NCBI RefSeq assembly: GCF_000485595.1 | Contig: NW_014577065.1 | Span: 486,674-506,673, forward strand | Length of the DNA stretch: 20,000 nt | DNA from: Priapulus caudatus | Taxonomy: Eukaryota | Direction of reading: 5' to 3' | Shown here: positions 1 through 10,800 of the stretch, piece after piece | Position numbering within the stretch: the stretch's first letter is position 1 | Layout of the letters: every line of letters begins with the position of its first letter | The notes under the pieces: model-generated | The model's input: the letters and a program-made list of their open reading frames with translations, nothing else | Told to the model about the DNA's origin: nothing | The model's database searches: none | Made by a program: the position numbers and the translations under genes

Positions 1-539
1 ATGCGCAGCGCTAGCGCCGTTTCCAACCGCGTGCAACCTGCCCACCCCTCCACTTGGAAATACATTGTGCCCGCTCACTAGCGAAAATGGCAGTTACAAG
101 TTGTTAAACAATCTTAGTCGAAAAGTAATATAGCAAGTACAACATTTAAGCGTTAGTTTGCAGTTTAATTTTAGTGTTTGTAGTAACTTAAGACATTTGT
201 GCGAAAGAGAATGTGCTTTATTTGGTATACCGAAGAAGTTATTAACCGCAAAAAAGTTGTCTTTGCTTACTCCCTGGAAATTGCCATAGTATGTTCTATA
301 GCCCTGCGGCGGAGAGGAGGGCTATAGTTCTAAAGCTAGCAAAATGGTAGCCCGACCAGGCTGTGCGACGGATTGTCTATACAGCCTGACACCCTTCCAT
401 ACAAAAAGCTCGGTTACGAACAGATTACTCGGTTAGAGTTTTTATAACAAGTGAACACTGTTCACGTTCCAAATGTCTGCCCTCTGTGTCCCCCACTAAA
501 ATTGCGGACTGTTCGCTGGCAGCTATGGATTCGTGCGCT

Positions 540-701
540 GGCCTATGCATTCGGCGCACGGATCCATAGCTGCCAGCGCTGCATACTGTCGTAGGACGTT
601 CCCGCGGTCGCGTGCGCCTTGCCGCGCGAAAGATCTGCGCTTAGCGCTTTGGATTAACACCTCCTTTCGGCAACGCTTCTCTAGTATCCCGTCTCATCTG
701 G
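540..701 (+). repeat. ~165-bp GC-rich repeat, copy A (inverted relative to 16876-17042)
   Basis: The reverse complement aligns along 16876-17042. Positions 562-611 match 16971-17020 perfectly over 50 bp. Confidence 0.92.
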
Positions 702-1667
702 ATGAATAACTCTGTATATCACAAATAAAACTATTCTATTACCACCTTTGACTTGCCTTGTTTGAAATATCAACGTTAACTCACAGTTGTCCTGAGCACT
801 TCTAAACTAGAATGTATCTCTTAATTCATGGTATAATCTGCTAATTCTCACAGCATATCAACTTTCCAACCAGCTTTACCCGTCATGTTTACACTGCGCA
901 TGAGTCAATGGAAGAGAGACACAGAAAACCCGAAACGGAAAAGACTCGCTAGAAAATACTACAGAAATAGTACAATAGCTGCACGATGGCTCTCACACCA
1001 AAGCAAGTGAAACGATGTTCACAAATGTGTGGGCAATTTGTAAAAACCTTAGATGACATATGTTCTCGGATGTAGGGGTGGTTTACATGAGAACCGCAGA
1101 TCGTTTAATTTCCCTTGTTCGATCCATTGCGGATTTTAGTCACAGTCTGAATGATAGTAAACATGGTGGCAAATTCATAAATTTTGTTGCATTCGTCTCA
1201 AAAAGTCGCTGTAACCCCGTAAGTACCCAGCGCATCGTAGTACTAGGTTACAAGAAGGTGGATGTATACCGATTCATTTGGTATATCACATGTGAAGTGT
1301 TCTTTGGCGATACTTGGCAAATAAGACAACTACGTGTTTAGCCGAAGCCAATGTTTGAAACGGTATTCTAACCCTAGCAATACCGTTTATTGAAGCTAGC
1401 AGGAGCGTATAATGACAAAGGAGTAAGAGAAGCGATTTGGTACTGATTTCACTACATTTTTGTCGTACGAGTTCGATGTGAATAAAAATACAAATGTATA
1501 CAAACATGAGCTTCTTTTGTTCACTGGTCCTTATTCTATCTTCCGGTAGTATTACAAACCGCGTATAGCTTCCTTCGTTTTGACATAAATCATACTTTTG
1601 CACGACATGGTTTTCACGTTATTTACCGTCCGCTGGCGAGGACACTCTAAATTTGCACGCACAGCTC

Positions 1668-1872
1668 GTCATAGCCATACCACACGCCATACATACCATA
1701 CCATACACCTGTCGCATAGACATAGTCATACCATGATACCACACGCCTGTCGCATGTTGCACGCCTGTTGGTGTTGCACTGTCATGGGACATAGCAATTA
1801 GCACACATCCCGCATGTCACAATCACAATGTCGATGACACATACCAGTGATTACCACATACCACACGCATGT
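1668..1872. repeat. Degenerate minisatellite (CATACCACACGCC / CCTGTCGCAT motifs)
   Basis: Repeated ATACCACACGC and CCTGTCGCAT words. Confidence 0.6.
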
Positions 1873-3018
1873 GTAGTACTACTGTATGCCTTTGCGGTCA
1901 GTCAGCAATTCATTCATTGCATTATTGATAAGATCTGAATTGACAAAAGACAAATCAATAAGAATATCAACTACAATCTAGTAGTAACATAAAATGATAA
2001 ACATTACAAAATTTTACACAAACCTTCAAGTGTACACAACCTATCGTAACACAAAGACGAGCTGTCATTGGTCGGGTTCGCACACGTCAGATATTTCGCA
2101 CGACACCGTCTGTCTAGTGGCGCCGCCTCGTGTTAATTATTTATATCTGCTAGAAGTGTCTGCAGAAGTGACAACTCTGGTGACAATCTGCTAGAATGGT
2201 GTTTTGCTCTGATATCAGTGAGAACTTTAAATTATAATTATGAAAGTTCTATTCGGAACGATTTTTAGGAAAACTGAATTACATTTAAGAACTATATCTT
2301 AGAATTATATTAAATTTAATAAAAACAGATAAAGCCAGGTTTTTATGATTTTATTCATTTATATTCAATGAAATATAATAGTAAGTTTTTCTTAGTCTCA
2401 GGTCAGTGACTCCGAGAGAGCCATTCCAATGTTTTATTCCCATCATAAAACTACAGGGGAATGTACTCTCTATCTATCATTCAAATGTATATACGCGCAG
2501 TAGGGCGTATAGGACCCACTGGGTGTCTGCCGTGTAAGCGCCAACAGCTTTTAGTAATTTAACCATTTTAGTAATCATTAGGTGTTTATAGCAGTGTTAA
2601 TTAAATTACTAGGTTACATAGTGGGAGACCTCTCATTCGAAGCATCGTCGAAATAACATAACTTTTTGTTAAAACTAAAAGTATAGATTAAAAATAGAGA
2701 TTAAATATTCCTCGTAGTAGCTTGACGTGAAAAATGAACCCGGACGCTTCTGTTTTTAATAATAGGGATCCAAACTGTCGTAATACTTTTTAAATTTAAA
2801 TTGGTCACTAGGTCGCATTAGGTGTCCTACATCACATACACAGGCAGGAGTAACATAGTGGGCGATCGCGTATGCGCAGTATCTCACGAAATAAAAAAAC
2901 TTTTTTTAAAATTATAAGTTTAAAATAGAGATTGAATATTCTTCGCAGTGGCTTGACGCGAAAAATGAATCCAGCTGCCTCTCTTTAATCATTATAGGGG
3001 CCCTGATTGATGTAACAC

Positions 3019-3051
3019 CATAGATATCATATAACACATATGATATCTATG
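3019..3051. mobile_element. 33-bp CATAGA...TCTATG hairpin insertion with 8-bp TSD
   Basis: Perfect 14-bp arms; TGTAACAC at 3011-3018 and 3052-3059. Confidence 0.85.
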
Positions 3052-3108
3052 TGTAACACTCATTAAATTTAAATCCGTCAGTAGATGGCGGTGGGTGTCC
3101 TATATCAC

Positions 3109-3148
3109 CAGAGCATATAAATCACACGGTGATTTATATAATGCTCTG
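3109..3148. mobile_element. 40-bp CAGAGC...GCTCTG hairpin insertion with 7-bp TSD
   Basis: ATATCAC at 3102-3108 and 3149-3155. The empty site is visible in the first copy of the duplication. Confidence 0.85.
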
Positions 3149-3540
3149 ATATCACATACATAGTTGCATATCCAGCCTTTATAACAAATACAGTATTTTG
3201 ATCAAATATTGTTTATAATTCAGAGAATATACTCAGATGCTATACGATTAAATGAGCGACACATTTTTCTTGCTTCTGCTCGACATTTATATGCTGTAAC
3301 CGATCTAACCGTATCGTGTGTACGTTCGCTCGGAAATAGTGCTACACCGTAAGTTTTTTATGCATTTATGTTTATCAATAATACATATAAATTCACATAC
3401 AGTTAATAATGCGGAGAAAATTACTACACAGGTAGAGCGTAGATCCGCGCTTAAATAATTACTTATCGTTACTTGTTTTTACCGTGTAGAAAGTAATGTG
3501 TATGTAGATCTACAGTGGTCGTGATGCATCCATGTAACTC

Positions 3541-4871
3541 TGCGTGCGTCCCTTCCGTTTGTGTGCGTGCGTGCGTGCGTCCCTTCCGTTTGTGTGCGCG
3601 CGTGCGTGTCCATTCCGTTTGTGTGCCTGCGTGCGTGTTCATTCCGTTTGCGTGCGTGCGTACGTCCGTTTCGTTTGTGTGTGTGCGTGCGTACGTCCTT
3701 TCCGTTTGTGTCCGCGCGCGCGTACGTTCCTTCCGTTTGTGTGCGTGCGTGCGTAAGTCCATTCCGTTTGTGTGCGTGCGTGCGTAAGTCCATTCCGTTT
3801 GTGTGCGTGCGTGCGTAAGTCCATTCCGTTTGTGTGCGTGCGTGCGTAAGTCCATTCCGTTTGTCACGGTGCGTGCGTGCGTACGTCCATTCTGTTTGTG
3901 TGCGTGCGTGCGTAAGTCCATTCCGTTTGTCACGGTGCGTGCGTGCGTACGTCCATTCTGTTTGTGTGCGTGCGTGCGTAAGTCCATTCCGTTTGTCACG
4001 GTGCGTGCGTGCGTACGTCCATTCTGTTTGTNNNNNNNNNNNNNNNNNNNNNNNNNNNNNNNNNNNNNNNNNNNNNNNNNNNNNNNNNNNNNNNNNNNNN
4101 NNNNNNNNNNNNNNNNNNNNNNNNNNNNNNNNNNNNNNNNNNNNNNNNNNNNNNNNNNNNNNNNNNNNNNNNNNNNNNNNNNNNNNNNNNNNNNNNNNNN
4201 NNNNNNNNNNNNNNNNNNNNNNNNNNNNNNNNNNNNNNNNNNNNNNNNNNNNNNNNNNNNNNNNNNNNNNNNNNNNNNNNNNNNNNNNNNNNNNNNNNNN
4301 NNNNNNNNNNNNNNNNNNNNNNNNNNNNNNNNNNNNNNNNNNNNNNNNNNNNNNNNNNNNNNNNNNNNNNNNNNNNNNNNNNNNNNNNNNNNNNNNNNNN
4401 NNNNNNNNNNNNNNNNNNNNNNNNNNNNNNNNNNNNNNNNNNNNNNNNNNNNNNNNNNNNNNNNNNNNNNNNNNNNNNNNNNNNNNNNNNNNNNNNNNNN
4501 NNNNNNNNNNNNNNNNNNNNNNNNNNNNNNNNNNNNNNNNNNNNNNNNNNNNNNNNNNNNNNNNNNNNNNNNCGTACGTCCCTTTCGTTTGTGTGCGTGC
4601 GTGCGTGCGTCCCTTCCGTTTGTGTGCGTGCGTACGTCCCTTCCGTTTGTGTGCGTGCGTGCGTGCGTCCCTTCCGTTTATGTGCGCGCGTACGTCCCTT
4701 TCGTTTGTGTGCGTGCGTGCGTGCGTCCCTTTCGTTTATGTGCGCGCGTACATCCCTTCCGTTTGTGTGCGTGCATACGTCCGTTCCGTTTGTGCGCGTG
4801 CGTACGAAACTTCCGTTTGTGTGAGTACGTACGCGCACGAGCGCGCGCGCGTGCGTGCGTGCGTGCGTGTG
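3541..4871. repeat. Minisatellite, ~31-bp unit GTGTGCGTGCGTGCGTAAGTCCATTCCGTTT with a 66-bp (31+35) higher-order repeat; spans an assembly gap
   Basis: Units read directly from the sequence; gap at 4032-4572. Confidence 0.95.
4032..4572. other. Assembly gap
   Basis: N run. Confidence 1.
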
Positions 4872-5640
4872 TTATGTGGCGCTAGTTGTGAGCCGTCTTC
4901 CTAATTTCCGCTTTTTTATCCGATATTCGTCAGAATTTATCATACTTCTCCTAAAGTGTTTATGCATGGCTCTGTGTTGATATCGTGTGAAGTTGATATA
5001 TATGTCCTACTAACTTATATCATAATGATGTCCGCATATGCTAATTAATATCCGCATCCCTATTTTGTAACCTTCGATCGTAATTGTAACAAAACCCTAT
5101 CCTAATTAACCTAATATATTATTACAACGGTACGAAAATTCTTCACTATTTGTTAACGTATTTCCCTGTTAACGTATTTATACCAACTTTCATAGCATGT
5201 TACTGTGACCAGAAGTATAGTGATATATCATTCTCTCTGCAGCAAAATGTTATGCTTATGATAATTGCGATTTGATTCCGAGTAGAATGTTATGGTTATG
5301 TAACAAATAAGTAATGATATTTGTCAAGGAAATATGTTATATCTTACGTGATATTTTTAGGCAATGTGATATCTGCATTGGCTTCTCTAAACATTTTCCT
5401 AATTTTACAAAAATTTGTGTTACTTCTGGATTTATATATCTTCATATTTTTGTACAAGAACGTTAAGATATTTGTACCAGAATGTTATAATAATTTTGAT
5501 GGAATATTGTACTATTTGTAGTACGTAGAATGTTATTGTAATCGTCTCCCTATCTTGGCTATTTGCTCCCTCTTTTATCATATCAGGTTGAATGTATTTG
5601 TACGTGGTCCTGGTTGTTTACGCGTACATTCTGTTGTTGC

Positions 5641-5732
5641 CAGAGCCGTATATATAGATCACTATATACACGGCTCTGACTTATCTGTATCATAGATATA
5701 TACAAACATTTTTGAGTTTTTATATATCTATG
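5641..5732. mobile_element. Two adjacent CA...TG hairpin insertions (5641-5678 and 5691-5732)
   Basis: CAGAGCCGTATATATAG/CTATATACACGGCTCTG, and CATAGATATATA/TATATATCTATG flanked by (T/G)CTGTAT. Confidence 0.75.
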
Positions 5733-6878
5733 GCTGTATATTCACAAGTATATGTATAAATATTAAATATGTACAAGATATATATTACGAATCCATAATT
5801 TTCTATTATGGACTCTTGACATACATTCATTTTTATTTATTTATATAATAGCATTATTATGTATGGTGATAATAACTTGTAGATAATATTTATATTTCTC
5901 TAAATGGCCACGAGAAACAACAGCGTTTACAGAATTAAAAATTCCATCCCTGTAAGGAGTTATGGGCAATTTTGTTAGCAGAATTTTGATCCGTTTTGGG
6001 AGATCCTTAAATATTACAATATATAGGAGCAAAGCGGCACATTTGGCGGGTATTTTACTGTATCTTTGCGACTTAATTAATTTTGTCACATCTACATCTC
6101 TCAGTCAATTACCTTGATACTTCACATGAGGTAAGTTCCCCATAGGTAATTGATAACCGTGAGTTGACCTCTCAATGACCCTATATCATTTGTTAGCTAT
6201 ATTTAGTCTTAGAAGAATTCTACCATAATTGTGCTGTTATTTTCAGTTTGTTTGTTATTGATGCTATGGAAACGGATCAGAAAGTTTAACTTCGTTACTG
6301 CCTGTGGAGCAGTACGTCATGGATTTGCATTATATTGCCGTTAAATCATAAACACAAATTATAATTATGCATATGATGGTTCAACTAAATAAATAATGTA
6401 ATATACGACTAGCATGGTCAGCTCTGGGCCCTGCATGGTACCTATATAAAATGGAAAGAAATCACAATAATATGTGTATTTCGAGTGCTCTAGATGGGCT
6501 TTTCAACTGCAGTATATAAACCGTATATTGTCATTCACAACAGCGTATAGCTGACTCAAAAACAAAATCAAATAATTGTTATTTATACATAAAAATACCA
6601 GTTAATTTATTATCAATAATGTACATGTACCCAAAAACCTTATCAGTTATCATAAAAAAGTGCATTGCCGAATAAAATATTAAATATACGTTTATAAAAA
6701 TGTGAAAATCACAATTGTAGTGTGACAATGATTTTGTTACTTGTTATCATACATACTTTATCAAAATTGTAAGAAAACATAATTTCAAACACACATGCAA
6801 AACAAGCATGTTGACCCACTCGTACAAGCAAAAATGTATAAAAAAATAAATTTAAAAGGGAATAGTGACATGTATATA

Positions 6879-6880
<2 letters not shown>

Positions 6881-6941
<61 letters not shown>

Positions 6942-6960
6942 CGTGCGTGTCTGCGTGTGT
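6881..6960. repeat. (GT)25 microsatellite with GC/GT tail
   Basis: Read directly from the sequence. Confidence 0.97.
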
Positions 6961-7352
6961 ATGTTTGTCTGTGTGTGTCTCTGTGCAGGCGAGTGGTGTG
7001 TGTGAGAATGAGAGAGAGGTAGTAGACAGAGATTACATATAGCAACTAGCTGCCTATGCAGACATGTACCTCTGCTCTCCCACTTCGCCCATGAGACGGC
7101 AGATATGGATGGATTCTGATATTGAAAAGCATCACATCATAATCATTCATTCATTGTAATTTACGATTTTTGGCAAACTGGAAAAACTGTACACATACAT
7201 AAATGTGGGGCATTCCACTGTTCACAACTAAAGGTACTCCCTCCGTTAGCATTATTAATGTGGATAGTAGGACATTACAGAAATTAGGTACCCCCACTAA
7301 TTGTAAATAAGATTGCTATATTATAATGTAGTGTTTGTGTTTGTGTTTTTCA

Positions 7353-7680
7353 GTGCAGTGTAGCTAGGTGTTTAGCTACGATTAGGTGTGGTTGTGTATG
7401 TGTAGATGTATGTGTAGTGTAGTGTAGTGTAGTGTAGTGTAGTGTAGTGTAGTGTAGTGTAGTGCAGTGCAGTGCAGTGTAGTGTAGTGTGCTGTAGTGT
7501 AGTGTTGTGAGGTTATTGTAGTGCAGTGCAGTGCAGTGCAGTGTATTGTAGTAATGTGTTGCATGGTGGTGTGTGGTGGTGTGTGGTGGTGTGTGGTGTG
7601 GTGTGGTGTGGTGTGGTGTGGTGTGGTGTGGTGTGCATGGTGTGGTGTGGTGTGAAGTTGAGTGCTGTTGTGTTGTGTCA
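7353..7680. repeat. Compound pentanucleotide microsatellite (GTAGT/GCAGT/GTGGT)n
   Basis: Read directly from the sequence. Confidence 0.93.
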
Positions 7681-7701
7681 TCTCATGTAAGGTACATGTA
7701 A

Positions 7702-7861
7702 TCAGGCATTTAATTTGCCCCAAGCAATTACTTTGTCTATATACTCAGGATGACAGGTATAGAAGTAGATTAGTATCTGTGCAACAAGAGCTGCTGACAC
7801 TATGTAGATGCCATTCTGTGTCTTTCTCTTCTCCACTGTTCCTTTATAATGTGCTATTATC
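7702..7861 (-). CDS. Coding exon 16, predicted TM helix 2 and stop
   Basis: Acceptor TTTATGTTTACCAG (phase 2). IIAHYKGTVEKRKTQNGIYIVSAALVAQILIYFYTCHPEYIDKVIAWGKLNA*. Confidence 0.65.
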
Positions 7862-10800
7862 CTGGTAAACATAAATAAATAGCACATGTAAATAACATAA
7901 CTCATATTTGCTGCGCAGTAGTGTCACTGTTCTCGTCTCCCTAGCCATAGCTAAATCAGCACGAGTTAGTAAAATCAGTGTGATCGGGAGTGAATAAAAA
8001 CAAACGTGTTTTTATTCATTCTTGAAATGATGTGTTTTTGATATCATTATCAAAATCATGAACATACCTGTGTCTATAGACACGCATATTAATGTAACTA
8101 ATCTTAGCAATGCATATAACTGTATACCATACACTTACAGAATGTATGTGGTCAGAAGTAACAATCCCACTATTCCTGCAAGGCCTCCGTACAGTGTTAC
8201 TGTCCTGTAGCTGTAACAGATGTAATAAAGACAGTCGGCAATGTATAAGAGCTAGTAATGTAATGGGCTGGAATCTCACAATCGATTATCGGTTATACCC
8301 ATCTGATCACCAATCAATAATAAACAGATAACTGGTTAATCAGCAGAGTGCACGCATAACCTCATTTTATCTGAACTTAAACTAAGAGACCTAGTCTGTT
8401 TCTACAGTATTGTTTTATAGGGGTATTAATATACCTTCGATTAAGATACCCACAAAATTCTCTTAAAAATGGCTGGAAGACTAATATTATATATGCAGAT
8501 AATATAATATATATGTCGCGTGCCATAGATTGAGCAATGACAAAAAATTACAGTGGAAGTGACAGTAACCAACGCATCTTTTCTGCACACAGAAAGTGAA
8601 AGACTACGGAAGGTACGTTCACAGACTAAGGACAGAGGATGACGACTTGCCAGTTGCCACTATCTACATCCTGATAGAAGCCGACATGTATTGAAAAAGT
8701 GAGAATTTATTGGTAGACATCTCATACCAGTCATTGTCATCATATGGCTCTGTGGTCAGCCCATAGGACTGGTGAGCAGTTGCAGATTTTAAGTCCTTGG
8801 TATCGTCACATAAAGTCTCTTTCTTCTCACCACCTTCTTCTTCACTAAACTGCCTGGAATCACGCCAGTCACCATGTCTGTGATTCTCTTGACTAGATGA
8901 CTCATGATTGGTCACTTCTTGGATTAAAACAACATCTTCGACAGTCCATAAATCTGTAATCATCGAAGACTCTTTGTCCTCCCAAAGAAGCAGTGTGTGG
9001 CTGTATACAAAGGCACTTTCCTCGCCAGCTTGGTGTATGTTGACTGTCCATACACCTGGATTGAGTATTCCACAGGATAATTTATGCTGGATCCACCAAT
9101 AGTTACTTGTCCCAACAGCCGTACTGTCTAAAGTGACCATTATCGCTGAATTGCACTTAACCTCACCAGATGGCGCAACAAGTGAGGCTATCAGCTGAAG
9201 GTCACCGGCTGATTTCAAATTAATTTTCAGCTTGGGAAATGATGCATAGGCGAGGGATTCATTCACATCGACATTCTTTTCTGAAAATCCAGACAAATGA
9301 AAATTGTTGTTTAACAAACGCAATGACCCTTAGCTCCCATCTGATGCAGTAGCACATTTTGTGTAACATACTAGCACAAAATACTTGCATGCACAGCAAA
9401 CATTTTTCTACACACATCACATCACATCAGACATGTAATTCAATTAAAATAAATGCAGTCTTGTCTGTTACAGAGAGCATGAATATGCGAGACATTTGAG
9501 ATACTCTAAAGGGGATGCATCTTAGGATAACGTAATGCATAGCAACTGTATTTAATCATGCTTACGCTGACATGTTGCATCAGATAGACCAACATCAAGC
9601 AACATATCAAGCCATAAGGTGTCGCCCCCTGCCGGCTCTCCAGGAAGCATTCGCAGCCGTGGGAATTCATCAACAAGTTTTGCATTGTCTGGCTGCGTAG
9701 TGATGTGTGTGGCACGTAGGTGTCCCCATGGGTAACATTGTGCAGCCGGCTTTGGGTGAACAGACACTCGTGCTGGCTTGACAGTTCTTTCGCCCTTATT
9801 CTCTATCTGGGATCAGAGATATAATAATTTAATTTAATTAATTTCAACCACTTACCAATCTTTGTATCTATATGCTACCTGCTGGGTGTTGACACCCAGA
9901 CCATCTGCCTATCTGTACATCCATCCTTCCAATTCTCATGTTCACCTCTAACAATTTTTTCCACAATTAGTCTCACTGGTTTTACCTCACTATTTTTCAT
10001 CACGCTCTTATAGATAGTCTCCTCTAAAGTCGTCACAAAATTAAGGTGCAAAGGTTCAGAATTGTTCTTGTGCAGTAAAACAGCTGCAACATGAATGTGT
10101 CAGATACAACTCGAAATCTTCACACGTTTTGCTTCTTATGACCATAAAAACTGTTTTAAGATGCCCTCATTCATGTGCTCGGTGAAGTGGGCCAAACAAA
10201 ACATTGAAAGCCAGTTGACCTACACATGCTGCATCAATTGCAAACTTAAAAGATTGTATTGATCATACAATAGAAGAATACAGGGGTTTGCAACTGCTGG
10301 CCATTAGGACAGTGATCATCTATAAAAGTTTCTCACCACAGTGAATTCAATCCAGTATCTATAGTCCATTAGCTTAATCATTTTTTTCCTTTCAAAGTCG
10401 AAGCCCTTGCAACAAACATCGTTTTGCTCCATTGCTGGCAGAAATTTCCAGTTGGTTATTTCCACTAAGCTGTAGGAAGTTCCAGACCTCTGTGACAGAA
10501 TGTGAGCACTGAACACAGCCAGTTGCCTAAAAAAAGAACATCCATAAAACATATATAACAGATATTTGTTCCTGCATAAATTCACAATTAGAAGCAATCT
10601 TCAGATAAGTGTAATTAGAAAGTGTCTGTATAGTATTTCATGAGAAAGGATCAGCTCACTGTTATAAAGAATTCCCACAGCACAATATAAGAACAGGGTG
10701 TGAAATTAACGAGAGTTCGGAGTCAAATACTCCCTGATTTACTGTCGCAAACCCCGATTTTGACGTATGCAGGAGTCCGTGTGACTCCCTGAAAATTCTG

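Larger units (their letters stand above)
2617..3159 (+). repeat. Diverged tandem duplication, ~236-bp unit x2
   Basis: ACATAGTGGG...AAAATAGAGATT...GCTTGACG.GAAAAATGAA...TAAATTTAAAT...GGTGTCCTA.ATCACATACA occurs at ~2617-2839 and ~2853-3159. Confidence 0.85.

Noticed and set aside
3541..4871. CRISPR-like regular repeats
   Set aside because: Head-to-tail units with no unique spacers, no cas genes, and a eukaryotic context.
3469..4904. Many long overlapping ORFs (RACV/THAR-rich)
   Set aside because: These are translations of the minisatellite and N gap, not coding sequence.
6785..7723. His/Thr- and Cys/Val-rich ORFs (also 15328-15598 and 1598-1804)
   Set aside because: Microsatellite or minisatellite translations.
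9281..9342. Apparent premature stop (TAA at 9330-9332) suggesting a pseudogene
   Set aside because: It arises only if the acceptor at 9341 is used. A stronger phase-correct acceptor (TTTTCAG) starts the exon at 9280.
9856..10220. Exon-like open segments in intron 12
   Set aside because: Exons 12 and 13 join in phase and align collinearly with Xylo_C without them, and the candidates break phase or contain stops.
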